64,000 nucleotides of DNA from Podarcis gaigeae (Eukaryota): the NCBI GenBank assembly GCA_964106915.2, contig OZ066923.1. One strand, written 5' to 3'. Of this stretch, positions 1-13,381 are shown piece after piece. The number at the start of each line of letters is the position of its first letter. Positions within the stretch are counted from its first letter, which is position 1. The notes below the pieces were generated by a model that was not told the DNA's origin, made no database searches, and worked only from the letters and a program-made list of their open reading frames with translations. A program made the translations under genes and the position numbers.

Positions 1-1884
1 TAGACAAGAATTTTATTGTCTTGTTTAAACAAGAACAGTAACAGGAAACCTCTGAATCTACCCAGGTACACCTAGGTCTTGGGTCACTTACTAACTCAGC
101 TATATAATGACACTAAACTGTGTGTGGATATGCTTTGTGCAGACCCAACTCCTCTCAAAACGGTCAAGCAAGTCATGCCCAGATCTCACTGACTTTAATA
201 TTACTTGAACAGAACTATTCTGGAATAAGTGGACTACAACCTCATATTCTGGATACAACCTTACTTTACGCATGAGAATTGAGTCTCTCCTGTATGGCTC
301 TTTTCTTAAGATTAAATAATTGTGGAAAGACAGTTGTAGCTCCTCAAACAACGGTGCCTCAACCAAACATGATATGTTTATTATATTCAGACTGAATATA
401 CACACTAAAATGTGTATTTCATTTTTAAGGCATAGTAAAACCACTGTCTGAACCAGTGGCTCACACTTGTCTTGTAGCTAAAAGCAACACATACAAAGCT
501 GAATTTCAGAAAAGGTGTATAGACATGTTGAAATTATTTCCTATGTCAAATTTAGAGATCTGAGCAATAAAAAGCTATCCGGATTGAGATATCATGAGAA
601 AAAGAAACCTAATTGAAACACATGAAAGAGAATTAGCATCCTTTAATAAAGCTGAGCATCGGAGAGTTTGCTGCAGCAGAATTTTTCAAAGTAATGGCAA
701 TATAAATATTGAATAAAACAGAAAAATCAGGACAGTTGGCTGTCTTAAAAGATACATACACCCGGCAGGATATGTTTGAAAAATGTGCAACCAAAACAAT
801 CCTTCAAGATAGATGAAACCAAATGTAAATAAATGAGACCTCCACAGAACTGAGGAATAAAAAATGCAGGTTTAACAAGAAATGCCAACGTTGTGACCCT
901 CCAGATGTGATGCGACTCCAACTCCCATCAGCACCAGGCAGAATGACCAATTGCCAGAGATGATGGGAGTCAACATCCCACAACATCTGGAGGGCTGCAG
1001 TTTATCTACACCTTGCTTAATGGATCAAATAGCTGTGCTGGAAGAATTGACTCAGTGGGCAATGAACAAACCTTTAGTAGCCCTTAGAGATGTTGACATT
1101 TCTCACATGCTGACATTTCATGCTTTTCCTCTTCAAAGCTTCTATAAAGTTCAGCCCAAAACAAAGCAAAAGGAGGAATGTTCTCCTTGTCATATTGTCC
1201 CCTTCTCCTGATTTGGGTGCAGCTATATAAGGGGGCAAAGCAGAGAAAACCTTATTCCAAAGGATGCAACACATGCTTACCCCAAACGTTACGCTAAATA
1301 AGTAAGTTGCAGAGAAGTACCAACAATGTACACTTCTCCCAACAGCCTCTAGAGTCTTACCTTTGGGTCTACACAGAATGTGCTAGGAAAAGCCCTGTTA
1401 AGCTATATGAAGGAAGATGATGCTGAGAAATGCACAACTCAGTCAGCCCAGTGCCAGATTCATAATTTGTGAAAACATCTTGGGCACTGGAGAAGGGGTA
1501 CGATTTGTGGCATCTGCACTAAAGATAAATTCTTGGTGTCTGTCATGTTAATGGCTTGCTGCTGCTCAGCCAGGCCTCTTAGTTCACCACCGTTTCCTCC
1601 TGCCAATCATTCACTCCAAGCTGAAAGGCAAGGAGATGATTTACCTTCTTAGAATTGATTTACTTCCACTGAGCTCACGCAAGCTGCATGGGCCTATCAG
1701 ATTCTGAGGTCAAAAGAGTCTATATAAGAGAAGACAAAACTGTCCAAACTCGCTTTGCCCCTTACCTTTGCGGAGAGTCAACTGGGCGATCATGTCACAG
1801 TGGGCCTAACAGGGGCATTTCGGTCAATAAGTCTTTGAAGAAACTCAAACTGCTGAAGGGAAACTCTCAATGAATTTATAACCA

Positions 1885-1932
1885 AATCCCACACAAAAAA
1901 AGGAAAAGAGAACAAAACAAAGGGCTTTTATT
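1885..1932 (-). terminator. Candidate KCNMB4 polyadenylation signal (implies ~2.85 kb 3' UTR)
   Basis: AATAAA (plus-strand tttatt 1927-1932) followed on minus by a U/GU-rich tract TTTGTTTTGTTCTCTTTTCCTTTTTTTGTGTGGG. Confidence 0.5.
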
Positions 1933-4771
1933 CAAAAGTGTTCATCCGCACTGAGTTACGCTCACAGGACGCAACAAAGAGGTTTGCCATAATTTCAGTC
2001 AAATGGCAAAATGGTCAGAAGGTGGCAATTTTCTGCGTTCTGCCAAACCTAACAATGCAAAGCCCTGGAATGTTTTCCTTGGTTACCAAGGTAACAGAAC
2101 CGCAGCATATGGAACAGAGGGCTCAAGAGCGACTTAGTGTAGCAGGCTAAAAAAAGATGTACTTGGCTGATCGATACAGCTTCACACAGTGGTTTCCAAG
2201 GGATGCTGGTTTTGGTTAGGTATGTTAAATAAAAATCGCACCTTTTATCGATGACATGTTGCACTTCCACACACTCCAGTGAGACACTCCCTGTGCGTAG
2301 TATATTTTCTCGGTTCCAGGTGGGAGAAAGGAGTGTTTCGTTTTAATTGCATACTGCATTGAGACATGCAGACACATACACCCTGCCTCCTGAGATCAGG
2401 CAGACGCCTTCACTGTACTCTTTTGGTTAAAAGCATTTAGACAATCCTAACCAGAAATGTATAATGTTGATGTATGTTTCAATCTGCTTGTAGTTTATTG
2501 CTGATTTTATTGAGGGTTTGAAATGTTTTAATTAGCTGTTTTTACTGATAATTTTATTGTTTTATTCTCTTTGTAAACCACTTTGAGGCATTTTTGTTTT
2601 ACCATCAAGTAGCGCATAGATTTTATGAAATAAATATACTACCCACTCCAAGAATAATATGGAGGATTTCACTGAACTGCACAGATTTCTCAACCTCCAG
2701 TATCGGGTCTCCATTTCAGCCCATTACACAGCTATGTGCAAACACAAGACTCCTCATCAGGCCTTAGAGCTGGAAATTAACAGAACCAATGTGAAATGGC
2801 AAGTGTCTAGCCGTCACAGTTGAGAAGATGAAAACAGGTAAGTTCACAGCTTGAGTCATAACATAATTCAGGATGTTGTCAGTTGACACACACCTTCCAA
2901 TGTTTGGTGTTACCATAATGGGAAGAAGGTCGCTTGGGATCTACTGATTGATCTCTAGGTGACTCAAAAATAGATTGGTGAGGATTTTGAGTCCCAGTTC
3001 TGGCTTTTCACTCCAGCTGCCAGCGGTGGTCCTTCTGCCCTCCAGCTGTCACCATGGGGGCTTCTGCAGAATCATCTTGCCAAGAGAGAAGCAAGTTGTG
3101 TACACATTACTGCTTGAAATGCAGCTAGGTCTTTCTTTTTCTCAGATCAAAGAAGTATTTCCTAAGGAACAACATGGATTGTGGCTAACATTGTGTGTAT
3201 CCCGCTTCAATGTTGGGAGCCTACTGGACGCAGAGAAAATGGGATTGTGTACACAATTACAATTGTATTTTCTATGCTGTTATAACTCTCTCCCCCATCC
3301 CATGCCACAATGCCTATTGTTGCAGTAATCTTATGCAAACTGCTTTATGAGGCTTGCATGAAAAGCAATATATAGAAACTATAAATAAAAGAAAATAAAT
3401 CATACTACTGAAATGGCAAAAACAAATCTTCTTTGGGGGTGGAGGGCAGAATAGCCAACTGATATTTGTGCAGGAAGACAGTGCGCTCGGTTCAGCTCTG
3501 AAACTGAAACCAAATGGCTGGGTTCAGAAGTCTTTCAATCTAAGGGCATGGTTTTTATACCTAGCTCCTTTGGTGAATCTCAAGGTTCTAGTGGAAAAAC
3601 AAAGTAGATTCCACAAGACTGAAATCTGTTCACCCCTTATATAAGCCTTATTCTACCTTTCAAGAGCTCCGAACTTTAAATGCATGCAAGGGTGCCAACT
3701 TGAATATGGGAGCAGGGCGGGTAAGCAATTGATCGAGCAAAAGGATTTAGGTGCTTAATAATATGCTTAGCTTCTCCTGATCTCAATGGGATCTGGACTT
3801 AGAGAACACCTCCTGGATTTATTGTCTCTAGAGCTTAAAAATGCCACAATAATCAGACAGGAATTAAATTAGTTTCAGCAAAGTGTGCTCATAATGAATT
3901 CATTGTATTTGACTTTGGTCTACAGAAAAGTGCTATTCCTGTTGCAACAACAACAACAACAAAAAAGGGAACGCCACTGGGTTGATAGGTTTTTATCTAC
4001 AAGACAGCTAATGCTATGAACTCAATCCAGTGTTCCCACTCCTTGGGAGAGGGGAGCTGCCCACAGAGGCAATAAGCAGAGTCTCCAATGTACAGAGCAG
4101 CATATGAGAAGGGCGAGTAGGATGAGATTATCCCTGAAATTCTGTTGTCAGTCAGTAGATAATTTTGGCACGTACATGTGTTCAAAATTCTAATTCCAAA
4201 ATGGCACCATTAAGGACAATTAGGTCATTGTGACACTTTTTTTTTGTCTTTGACTTGGAAGGTAAACCCACTCACAAAATAAAAACACAGACTAATAAAA
4301 ACCAACCACTTTTTAATATTTCAGAAATACAGTCTATGAGAAAGGAAATAATAAATATTCAATACTAAATAATAATGGTAAGAAAGATCATTTTGCTAAG
4401 ATGAAGTCAACCACACTTTGGGGGATCCTCCCCCCCAAGAAACTGTCCTTCAGTCCATCAAAAGACCTGGAGTGAAGAGCCATCGTTCAGATTTCATAAA
4501 ATGCAGTACAGCCAGTTTGTTGCAGCTTAGGATCATTTTTTTTGGAATAGACACATTTTGCTTTCTTTAGTGGCAGAAGCAGCTAGCTAACAATTCACAG
4601 CGTGGTCAACCTAAGAGTAATCTTCAGGCATCAGCAAGACCAACAGCTGGCAATACACTGGGAACGGGCATCGCTGGGAAGCGCCACGGGAGTGCCTGTC
4701 AATTGCATTTGGCACTGCTGACTCCCCTCCTACAAAATCCCCTCCGCTTTCGTCCAAGGAAAGTGAACCAC

Positions 4772-4940
4772 TTAGGAGTGCTTCCTTTTCTTTATCGCTT
4801 CTGCTTTGACAGCCAAGCTCTTTGCACATATGGTGAGAACCACAATGAGGACCCCAACCAGGAACGTCACCACCGGCCAAAGGAAGCAGTGCAAAAGAAC
4901 CGACTCGTCGTGTGTGCGTCGTAACAGTACGTCGTCCGGT
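4772..4940 (-). CDS. KCNMB4: KCNMB4 coding exon 3 (TM2, C-terminus, stop)
   Basis: GCAG|ACCG acceptor. Encodes [55 protein letters not shown] with TAA at 4774-4772. 336+128+169=633 nt = 210 aa + stop. Confidence 0.97.
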
Positions 4941-5895
4941 CTGCAATAGGAAAGGCAGAATTACAGGGGGAAGGAAGCGAGGAAAGCAGGGCAGAAAAAC
5001 CAAGACATCCAGAGTAGGTTTTTAAAGGGGTGAGGCCTGCAGTGGAAACTGGTAAAAATTATCTCCACTGCTTCAACCTGCAGGACCATCCGATTAGTGG
5101 GATTCCACCCTGTAAATAAAAGTCAAACAATAAAAAGAAGAGGAACTACAATAAGTTCTACAAATTACCACCATGGTGCATGGCAAATATTAACTGGAAA
5201 TAGAAATTCTAGTTTTCCACATTTGAAAATGACTCAGAGAAACATTACACAACAACTTCAGACTGCGTAACATTTTCAATAAGTGCATAGGTGTTGGGAT
5301 ATACAAAAATATTTTATTTTTCAAAAATATATTCACACATCTTTCCTTTAAATTAAGCCAATAATAGTTAACTATGCAAGTGGAAAAAACTGTGAGATAC
5401 GGGATACATGGACAACAATTATTATCTCAAATCTTGGATTATGCCATCTGAGTTGATTTATGTGTCTAAGCATCCACCTCAAACAACTTAGGGATTGAAA
5501 AAAGACTAGCAATCAGGTTGCTGAGTGAACCAAAGGTGGCAACACAAACCCACAGTGAGGCCAGCTCCTCATGCCCAGCCAATAGTGATGGTTATGGGTT
5601 TCCCTAGGGTAGGACACCTTATTGATTTGTATCCCTAGGTTGTAAAAAAAGTGCTTTGGAAAAGAACACAACAACGGAATCTGACTTGTGTTCCTGTGAA
5701 CACTTAGGGCGCTTCCAGACAGAACGTTTTGCAAGCTTCCAGCAAACTGAGCCCACTAGCCTTCCAGGGGCAAGGCCAATCCCATAAATGCAATGAAGCA
5801 GGTGAGTTGAAGCTCCCATGGGGTAATATTTAGACGGCATCACCAATCGGTTTATATGACATATACTACATTTGCAGTTATCTACATTAGCACAT

Positions 5896-6433
5896 CCCCT
5901 TCATGGATCACTGCCTTGCTATGGCGAAGGGGCTTGAATAACTCAGAGAAGCTATGAACTATGCTGAGCAGGGCACCCAAGATGGACAGGTCATAGTGGA
6001 GAGTTTTGACCAAACGTGATCCACCTGGAGCAGGAACCGGCAAGCCACTCCAGTATCCCTGCCAAGAAAACTCCATGGACAAAGACAACAGGCATATAAA
6101 AGTTATGACGCTGGAAGATGAGCCCCTCAGGTCGGCAGGCGTCCAACATGCTACTGAGGAAGAATGGAGGACAAGTACAAGTAGATTCAGAGCTGATGAA
6201 GTGGCTGGGCCAAAGCCGAAAGGTCACTCAGTTGCGGATATGCCTGGAAGCGAAAGGAAAGTCCAATGCTGTAAAGAAAAATATTGCATAGGAACCTGGA
6301 ATGTAAGATAGTGTTCTTGAAGCTACCAGCATGTTTGACCAAACTGTGGGAGGCACAGGAAGACAGGAGTGCCTGGCGTGCTCTGGTCCATGCGGTCACG
6401 AAGAGTCGGACACGACTAAACGACTAAACAACA
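5896..6433 (+). mobile_element. Bov-B (RTE) LINE, internally deleted (5' end joined to 3' end)
   Basis: 5' region ends at endonuclease motif CIGTWNVR and is fused at GAT (6307-6309) to the 3' tail ...AGAGTCGGACACGACTAAAC(AAC)n. 12-bp TSD ACATTAGCACAT at 5884-5895 and 6434-6445. Confidence 0.85.
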
Positions 6434-7429
6434 ACATTAGCACATAATTTCTTGGGAGTGTGGGTGCTCTGATGCGCTGGTGAAGCACCCACACCTGTAA
6501 AGATTTATCCATTCACTTCCCTGAAAGCAACAGTTCCATGAACACCTGGACCATTCAGGCAATGGGGCTGTTTCCCGTGAACAGGGAAACTTCTCCAAGA
6601 GGAACCTCATGGGCAATCTTGCACTCCTAGAATTCTGGGCCAGAGTGCCTTTCCGAGTCATCAACATCCTCATGCAGCTTTGCAGATCTCTGTTGATTGC
6701 AGCTCACTGGCCCTCTTCTTTTAGCCTGCCCCATCCCTGTAAGACTCCACTCCCTTCCTTAATTCTGTTACATAAATGAAATGCATTCAAAGACAGATTG
6801 TCTTGCACAGCATGATCTTTTCAGCATGGGGCCCTGGTTTCAATCTGGATTTGGTTGCCACTCCAAAGAAGAGTCTCGTAACAGTAAGTCCTCTGCCAGC
6901 AAGTAATTATTCCAAGATGGATGACCCCCAGGGTGCAAACTAGTGATCCTCAGATAGTCATCGGTCTATTACATGCTTTCATTTACTGAACCCTAATCAA
7001 ATATTTGTGTATAGCACTTTCTCCTGGCACAGGATAAAGGGTACAGCTGCCAAGTCACAATGGAAAATAAACAATAAACTTATTTCAGCACAATAGGTGA
7101 GGATATGTGCACAGCCCCCAAACTGCCATGCTAATTGCTTGCAGTATTAAAAAGGGGGTGGGAGGGAGATAGGCAGAGTCAACACCTGGCAAACAACTTT
7201 CCTTGAACAAACATAATCTCACTCTTCAACTGAGATGCTTAGTAGGGAGTACAGTGAGACCCACACTGGTTCCCAGCCAATTACAGCAAAGTTACAGCAA
7301 TTTGGGCTGTTTGGGTTTAGGGAAAAAGGTGAGTGTGGGATCAGAAAGGTATACAGAGTCATATGTGGTGTGGAGAGACTCCTCCATCTCTTGTAAAATA
7401 GAAGCTGGGGTCAACCAAGAAAGCTGACT

Positions 7430-7720
7430 TGCAAGATTCAGGACAAAGTGAAGTACTTATTCACACAGCACATGGTTAAAACGATGAAATTTGCTCCAAG
7501 ATGTAGCTATGGTCAACAATTCAGGTGGCATTTAAAGAGGATTAGATGAATTTGTGGTGGTGAAGTCTACTAATGGCTACTAGGCATGATGTCTGTGTTT
7601 GAACTACCTTCAGCCTCAGAAGCTGTTTGCCTCTAACACCCATTGCTGAGGAGTTGCTGAGGAGAGCACTCTTTCCTCATGTCTTGCTTATAGGCTTCCC
7701 ATAGGTATCTGGTCCACAAT
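7430..7720 (+). mobile_element. Old CR1 LINE 3' fragment
   Basis: Degenerate CR1-type sequence (TTCACACAGCACATGGTTAAA...TTTAAAGAGGATTAGA...AATGGCTACT). Confidence 0.6.
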
Positions 7721-7808
7721 GGTTAGGAACAGGTGGCTGTACTGCGGCCGTATTCACGCCATACTTTTAAAGTGCTATGATACCAGCTTTGAATATTCAC
7801 AGCTTCTC

Positions 7809-8110
7809 TGGCGCTGTCGGTTAAACCACAGAGCCTAGGACTTGCTGATCAGAAGGTCAGCGGTTCGAATCCCTGCTACAGGGTGAGCTCCTGTTGCTCG
7901 GTCCCTGCTCCTGCCAACCTAGCAGTTCAAAAGCATGTCAAAGTGCAAGTAGATAAATAGGTACCATTCCGGAGGGAAGGTAAACGGCGTTTCCGTGCAC
8001 TGCTCTGGTTCAGCTGTACGCCGGCTCCCTTGGCCAATAAAGCGAGATGAACGCCGCAACCCCAGAGTCGGTCACGACTGGACCTACTGGTCAGGGGTCC
8101 CTTTACCTTT
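7809..8110 (+). mobile_element. Sauria SINE
   Basis: tRNA-like head (TGGCGCTGT...GGTTCGAATCC), Bov-B-like segment AGAGTCGGTCACGACT, (ACCTTT)n tail. Confidence 0.88.
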
Positions 8111-9310
8111 AGTTTATTAAGGGGCCTGAGAAGTCCCTGTTCTCCTCACAGAACTACAAGGCTTCAGAGTTCATGACTATTAAGCCACTCAGGGAACTGT
8201 AGTTCTGTGAGGGGAATAGGCAGTCCTATTTTTCTAGAGAAAGAGATGCCGGAACTCACCATGAACCACTTCCTTGTTTTCTAAGAATGGCAATGGCGCC
8301 CACCTAAGAGGTGTTGCCAGAACTGAGATCCGGTGAGTTCCGGCTGAAAAAAAGCCCCAGGAATAGGGATCTCCTAGCAACTCTCAGCACCCTTAATAAA
8401 CTAAACTAATTCTTTAGGAGAAGCCATGATTGCATAAAGTAGTGTCACAGTGCTTTAAATGTATGGTGTGGATGTGGCCTGGGCAGGTCTTGGGTTTGAT
8501 CCAGCACATTACATCTTGTGATCTTAAGCTAGTCCACACAGTTGTCCTACTGCTCCAGGAGGCATCATCACCTATGGCTTTTGACAGTGGTCCAAAAATT
8601 GTATTTTGCTGTGCAATCTGACATTATCAATGATGGTAAAGCTGAGAGTACAAGCTGGGACATCTAACACGGGTTTCGCATGTGCAGGACATTATGTGTA
8701 AAATTTAAAACAGTGATGGTAACATTACTGGTTTAAATATCTGCCTCACAGCACTTTGTAAACAGATTTCCTTATTAGTGAAATTTTGGGAATCCCCCCT
8801 CCCCATAAAAAGGTAAAAAAAATGCTAGTAGCCAGGTCACCAGGGACAAGTTAAATGGCTTTGTAAACCCCACATCAAGGCGGGGGGGTGAGCCTGTGAC
8901 ACCCTGACAGGCGTTGCTGGAGTCCATCAGCCCTGCCCAATGGTCACAGATGATGGGTGCTGGTGTTCAGCAAAATTTGGAGGACTACAAATTCTCTATC
9001 TGTACTCTACATTATAAAGTCTAACTGAGGGGTGGGGAGCCTCAGGACTGGGGGTGAATGCAACCCTTCAGGCCTCCAGCCATCAGGATTTTTCACACCC
9101 CACCTCTGGCCCTCCTTCATGCCCTCCTTGGGTGTTTTTGCCTAGCTGGAATGCATCCTTTAACTCTGCCCATGACTCTGGCTTGGCTGGAAGAATGATG
9201 GAGAGGAATAGATGTCTGTACAGAGGTGAAATTAACATTCATTGCTCTGCCCACTTTTGCCTCTGGCCCCACCCACCAGTGGCAGATGGCCCTCAGGAGA
9301 GAATGTGGCA

Positions 9311-9823
9311 GCTAGACTGGTGACTAGGAGTGGCCGCCAAGTTCACATAACACTGGTCTTGAAATACCTACATTGGCTCCCAGTACATTTCTGAGCACAA
9401 TTCAAAGTGTTGGTGCTGACCTTTAAAGCCCTAAACAGCCTCAGCCGAGTATACCTGAAAGAGCATCTCCACCCTCATCGTTCAACCTGGACACTGAGGT
9501 CCAGCTCCAAGGGCCTTCTGGCAGTTCCCTCACTGCGAGAAGTGAGGTTACAGGGAATCAGGCAGAGGGCCTTCTTCGTAGTGGCGCCCGCCCTGTAGAA
9601 CGCCCACCCATCAGATGACAAAGAAATAAACAACTATCTGATGTTTAGAAGACATCTGAAGGCAGCCCTGTTTAGGGAAGTTTTTAATGACTGATGTTTT
9701 GATGTATTTTTAATCTTTTGCTGGAAGCCACCCAGAGTGGCTGGGAAAACCCAGCCAGATGGGTGGGGTATTATTATTATTAATAATAATAATTATAATA
9801 ATTATAATAGTAATAATAATAAT
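9311..9823 (+). mobile_element. L2 LINE 3' end with (TAA)n tail
   Basis: Degenerate L2 ORF2 C-terminus (LVLTFKALN..., R+AF+V.AP.L). Tail CCCAGCCAGATGGGTGGGGTA followed by (TAA)n; the same tail recurs at 60366-60409. Confidence 0.75.
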
Positions 9824-10488
9824 AATGTGGCCCCCAGGCTAAACAACGATAAACTAGGCTTTCCCCCATCAATCTTTGCAATGTTGTTTTCTATCTGTTA
9901 AACTGTCCATTTCTGCAAGAGAGGACATCAGTTACACTGAATGGCTTTGTAGGGGTGTCCACTGGACTGCTGCTAATGCATTTTTAGTGATGAACTTCTT
10001 TCTCCCTTCTTTTCACAAGCTCCAGCATGATCACCAAAGGGAAACATAGCTGGAGGCAAAATGCTAAAACGCCCGAGCTTTGCCAACGCGTTTGCCAATA
10101 AAATTTAAGTTCATTAAAATAAAATACAAACATTTCGAGAGAAAACAAACCTGGAGTGCCATGCAATCAATTACAGCTTTGCTGATGGTGAAAGTAATTA
10201 AGGCTGGTGCAGTGAGTCAGCACAACCTAACAGGTGCTGCTTATTGTTGGCATTCTCTTTCAGCATTGTTTCCCTCTCTGCTCTGGTCTTTAGAGATGAG
10301 CAACATCTGAAAGGGCTCTTGATGCTCATTTTTTGCCACCCTCTTGGGGAAGTGGACTGATAAACACTGCCAAAGAAGCAGTGTGCTGTACTGGGTATTG
10401 AAATGAAACTGAAGCTAAATTACAAAGGCAGAAATCATGGTGTCCAGCAGTTCTTCTGACCTAGGAATGATGGTTTTCAAGGGTGTTT

Positions 10489-11001
10489 TGTCCATGGAGT
10501 TTTCTTGGCAGGGATACTGGAGTGGCTTGCCAGTTCCTGCTCCAGGTGGATCATATTTAGTCAAAACTCTCCACTATGACCTGTCCATCTTGGGTGGCTC
10601 TGCACGGCATAGCTCATAGCTTCTCTGAGTTATTCAAGCCCCTTCGCCACGGCAAGGCAGTGATCCATGAAGGACTGCAAGAAGATCAGACCTATCCATT
10701 CTGAAGGAAATCAGCCCTGAGTGCTCACTGGAAGGACAGATCCTGAAGCTGCGGCTCCAATACTTTGGCCACCTCATGAGCCTCATACTCCCTGGAAAAG
10801 ATCCTGATGTTGGGAAAGATTGAGGGCACAAGGAGAAGGGGACAACAGAGGATGAGATGGTTGGACAGTGTTCTTGAAGCTACCAACGTGAGTCTGACCA
10901 AACTGCGGGAGGCAGTGGAAGACAGGAGTGCCTGGCGTGCTCTGGTCCATGGAGTCACGAAGACTTAGACACGACTGAACAACGAAACAACAACAACAAC
11001 A
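10489..11001 (+). mobile_element. Bov-B LINE with inverted 5' segment
   Basis: 10489-10673 is the reverse complement of the 5' end seen at 5896-6083. 10672-11001 is the sense 3' end with (AAC)n tail. TSD AAGGGTGTTT at 10479-10488 and 11002-11011. Confidence 0.85.
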
Positions 11002-13176
11002 AAGGGTGTTTAGCCTTCCCAATTAAGTTCTGGTTTACAGGCTTCTGTTGCTGTTGAACCTAATGGATATGACTGTAGTTACTAAGCGGAATAACTTTCC
11101 ACCAACTGCTGATAAACTGACTCCCGACTTTTCAAGTCATGCTCAAAATGCAGCTCCTATTTATTTATGTAATTGTGGCAATAGACCACTGTAATGAAGT
11201 GGGCATGGGGCTGCTTGATGAAGGTTTGGAAGCTTCAGCTGCCAAAGAAATTCAATTCACGCTAGTTACTGCTGTTTTTCAGTGTCTGCACTGGTTTCCA
11301 GGCCAATTCAAAGTGCTGTTCATGAGATATAAAAGAGACCACTTTAACCCTCTGTCTCACTTCAGCCTCATTGGACTGGTTACCTAACTTGCTTCCTAAC
11401 TAGGGAATGCCAGGTTAGAAATAGGAGGAGAGGAAGATAGCTCCAATATTAACAAAGAGCAGCCCTCAAGGTCACCATGTAATGTTGCAAAGGAGCGTAG
11501 GACAGGAAAACTGCATGTAGGCTGGCTTTTAGTGATGGGACGGATGGCTGCAAAGCCAGCCCATCAAATCCAACTTCAGCCTACAGAAAATGGGCTGCTG
11601 TTCAAATGGACAAAAAGCCCTTCTCCCACACAAAATGGAATTTATAATATTTATCTGTTTATATCCCATAGGAGGGATCCAACTGGGAGGAGATCCAACG
11701 GACACAAAATCCCAAGCAAATTAAAGCACCAATTGCAGAATATCACAATCTCAGTTTGTTTTGGGTCAAGATGAAATAGGAGGGTTTTTTTCTTCTTATG
11801 CAACATGCATAAGATTCCCTTTTTTTATTGTAGTCTACATATATAGAACCCGTTTTACTCAGGATAGTGTTTGGACCGTATCCAACACTGCATCTCCTCT
11901 GGTGCAACAGACTTCTGTGCACACCAGGAAGCTTCTTCTTCCTCTCCTGGGCCTCCAGTCCCCTCACATGCTCTCAAAATCACCTCTGGGGGGTTGGGGG
12001 AACCCTCCAGAACAGTGTCTAGGGGGCACATGAGAAGAGAAGAAGTCCCATTGCACCAGCAGAACTCAACCGGTGCCACATTAGATAACAATTCCTTAAA
12101 AAAGATTTCCTGGAAATGCTTTGTAGGCGACAATCAGGAGCTGCATGCATCCTTAGGTCCTGGACTGACATTGCGCATCCATGCCAGTTGTTGGATTGTG
12201 CTGGACAGGAAAGTCTATAGGAAGCCTTCTTGGAATGACATTTATCATCATCATCATATCCACCAGAAGCAATTGATACCATGAGCTCCCTCCAGGCTAT
12301 GATTAGATGGGTCCCCCTTCCTGTTGAACCTCAAGTGCCTGTCAAAGATCTTTCTTTTTCAGCAGGCATTTTAAGGAAGATTTCTGCTTTTACAGTTGAA
12401 AAGCGTACGCTTTCTACAATTTTTATGTTCGCTGCTTAGAAACTATTGGAATTAAGTGTTCTATAACTACCTTAAATAAAGTAGGAATTAAAAATAAAAT
12501 AAAATACTGGAAGCCAGCTTGTAAATTTTTAGCTGAATAGTAGGGCCTGTACTACAAAATAATAATAATTCTAACTTCCAATGTTTATTAATTAGTGATC
12601 AGCAAGTCTGTGGCCCTATTTGGGCATTCAGTTTACCCTTGTGTAAGCGAGTACACAAAAGGCAGCAGAGACTTGCTGCTAAGCCCCACCCCCTTCAGCA
12701 CATCACATTTTACACCATTTACAGCCCTCCTTGAGTATGAAAGGTTGGAAGAGGGGAGCTGCCTCTCGACTTGTGAAGAACCTGATTTTTCCAGGGTTTT
12801 CTATACTGCCGGAGGAACTCCATGAGCATAAGAAGCTGCCACATCAGATCTCTGGCCTCAGACTTACAGAAGTCTATAAACGGGGAACTCAGCTACATTA
12901 GTAAAAAAACAAACAAACCAGCGATTTGAATGAATGCATTATAAACATGCAACACCAGAGACAAGCATGGCACCAGAGACCACAAAACCTTTCTAGAACA
13001 TTTTTGCGTAGGTTTTTTAAAAACCTTTTGTTATAACGATTTAATTTCGGACTTTGGTTATAAGTAACAGGGTTATTTTCCCCTGCGTGTAGATTCACCC
13101 TGGGTGAAAACGACATGCTCCTATTCCTTACGCACAAGTAAATTGAATACCCAAACAGGGTGTCAAATTTGCTATA

Positions 13177-13381
13177 CGGGTGGTACCTCAGGTTAAGAAC
13201 TTCATTCGTTCTGGAGGTCCATTCTTAACCTAAAACTGTTCTTAACCTGAAGCTAATGGGGCCTCCCGCTGCCGCTGCGCCTGAGGTAAAGTTCTTAACC
13301 CGAGGTACCATTTCCGGGTTAGCGGAGTCTGTAACCTGAAGTGTCTGTAACCTGAAGCATCTGTAACCTGAGGTACCACTG
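13177..13381 (-). mobile_element. Tc1/mariner (Tigger-like) MITE
   Basis: Ends C(G)GGTGGTACCTC ... GAGGTACCACTG with TA flanks; (TAACCTGAAG)-like internal repeats; inverted relative of 38344-38584. Confidence 0.8.

Noticed and set aside
11761-12033. QDEIGG peptide resembling KCNMB4 exon 2 (KDEIG)
   Set aside because: Wrong strand, no further similarity; the true exon 2 is at 14181-14308.
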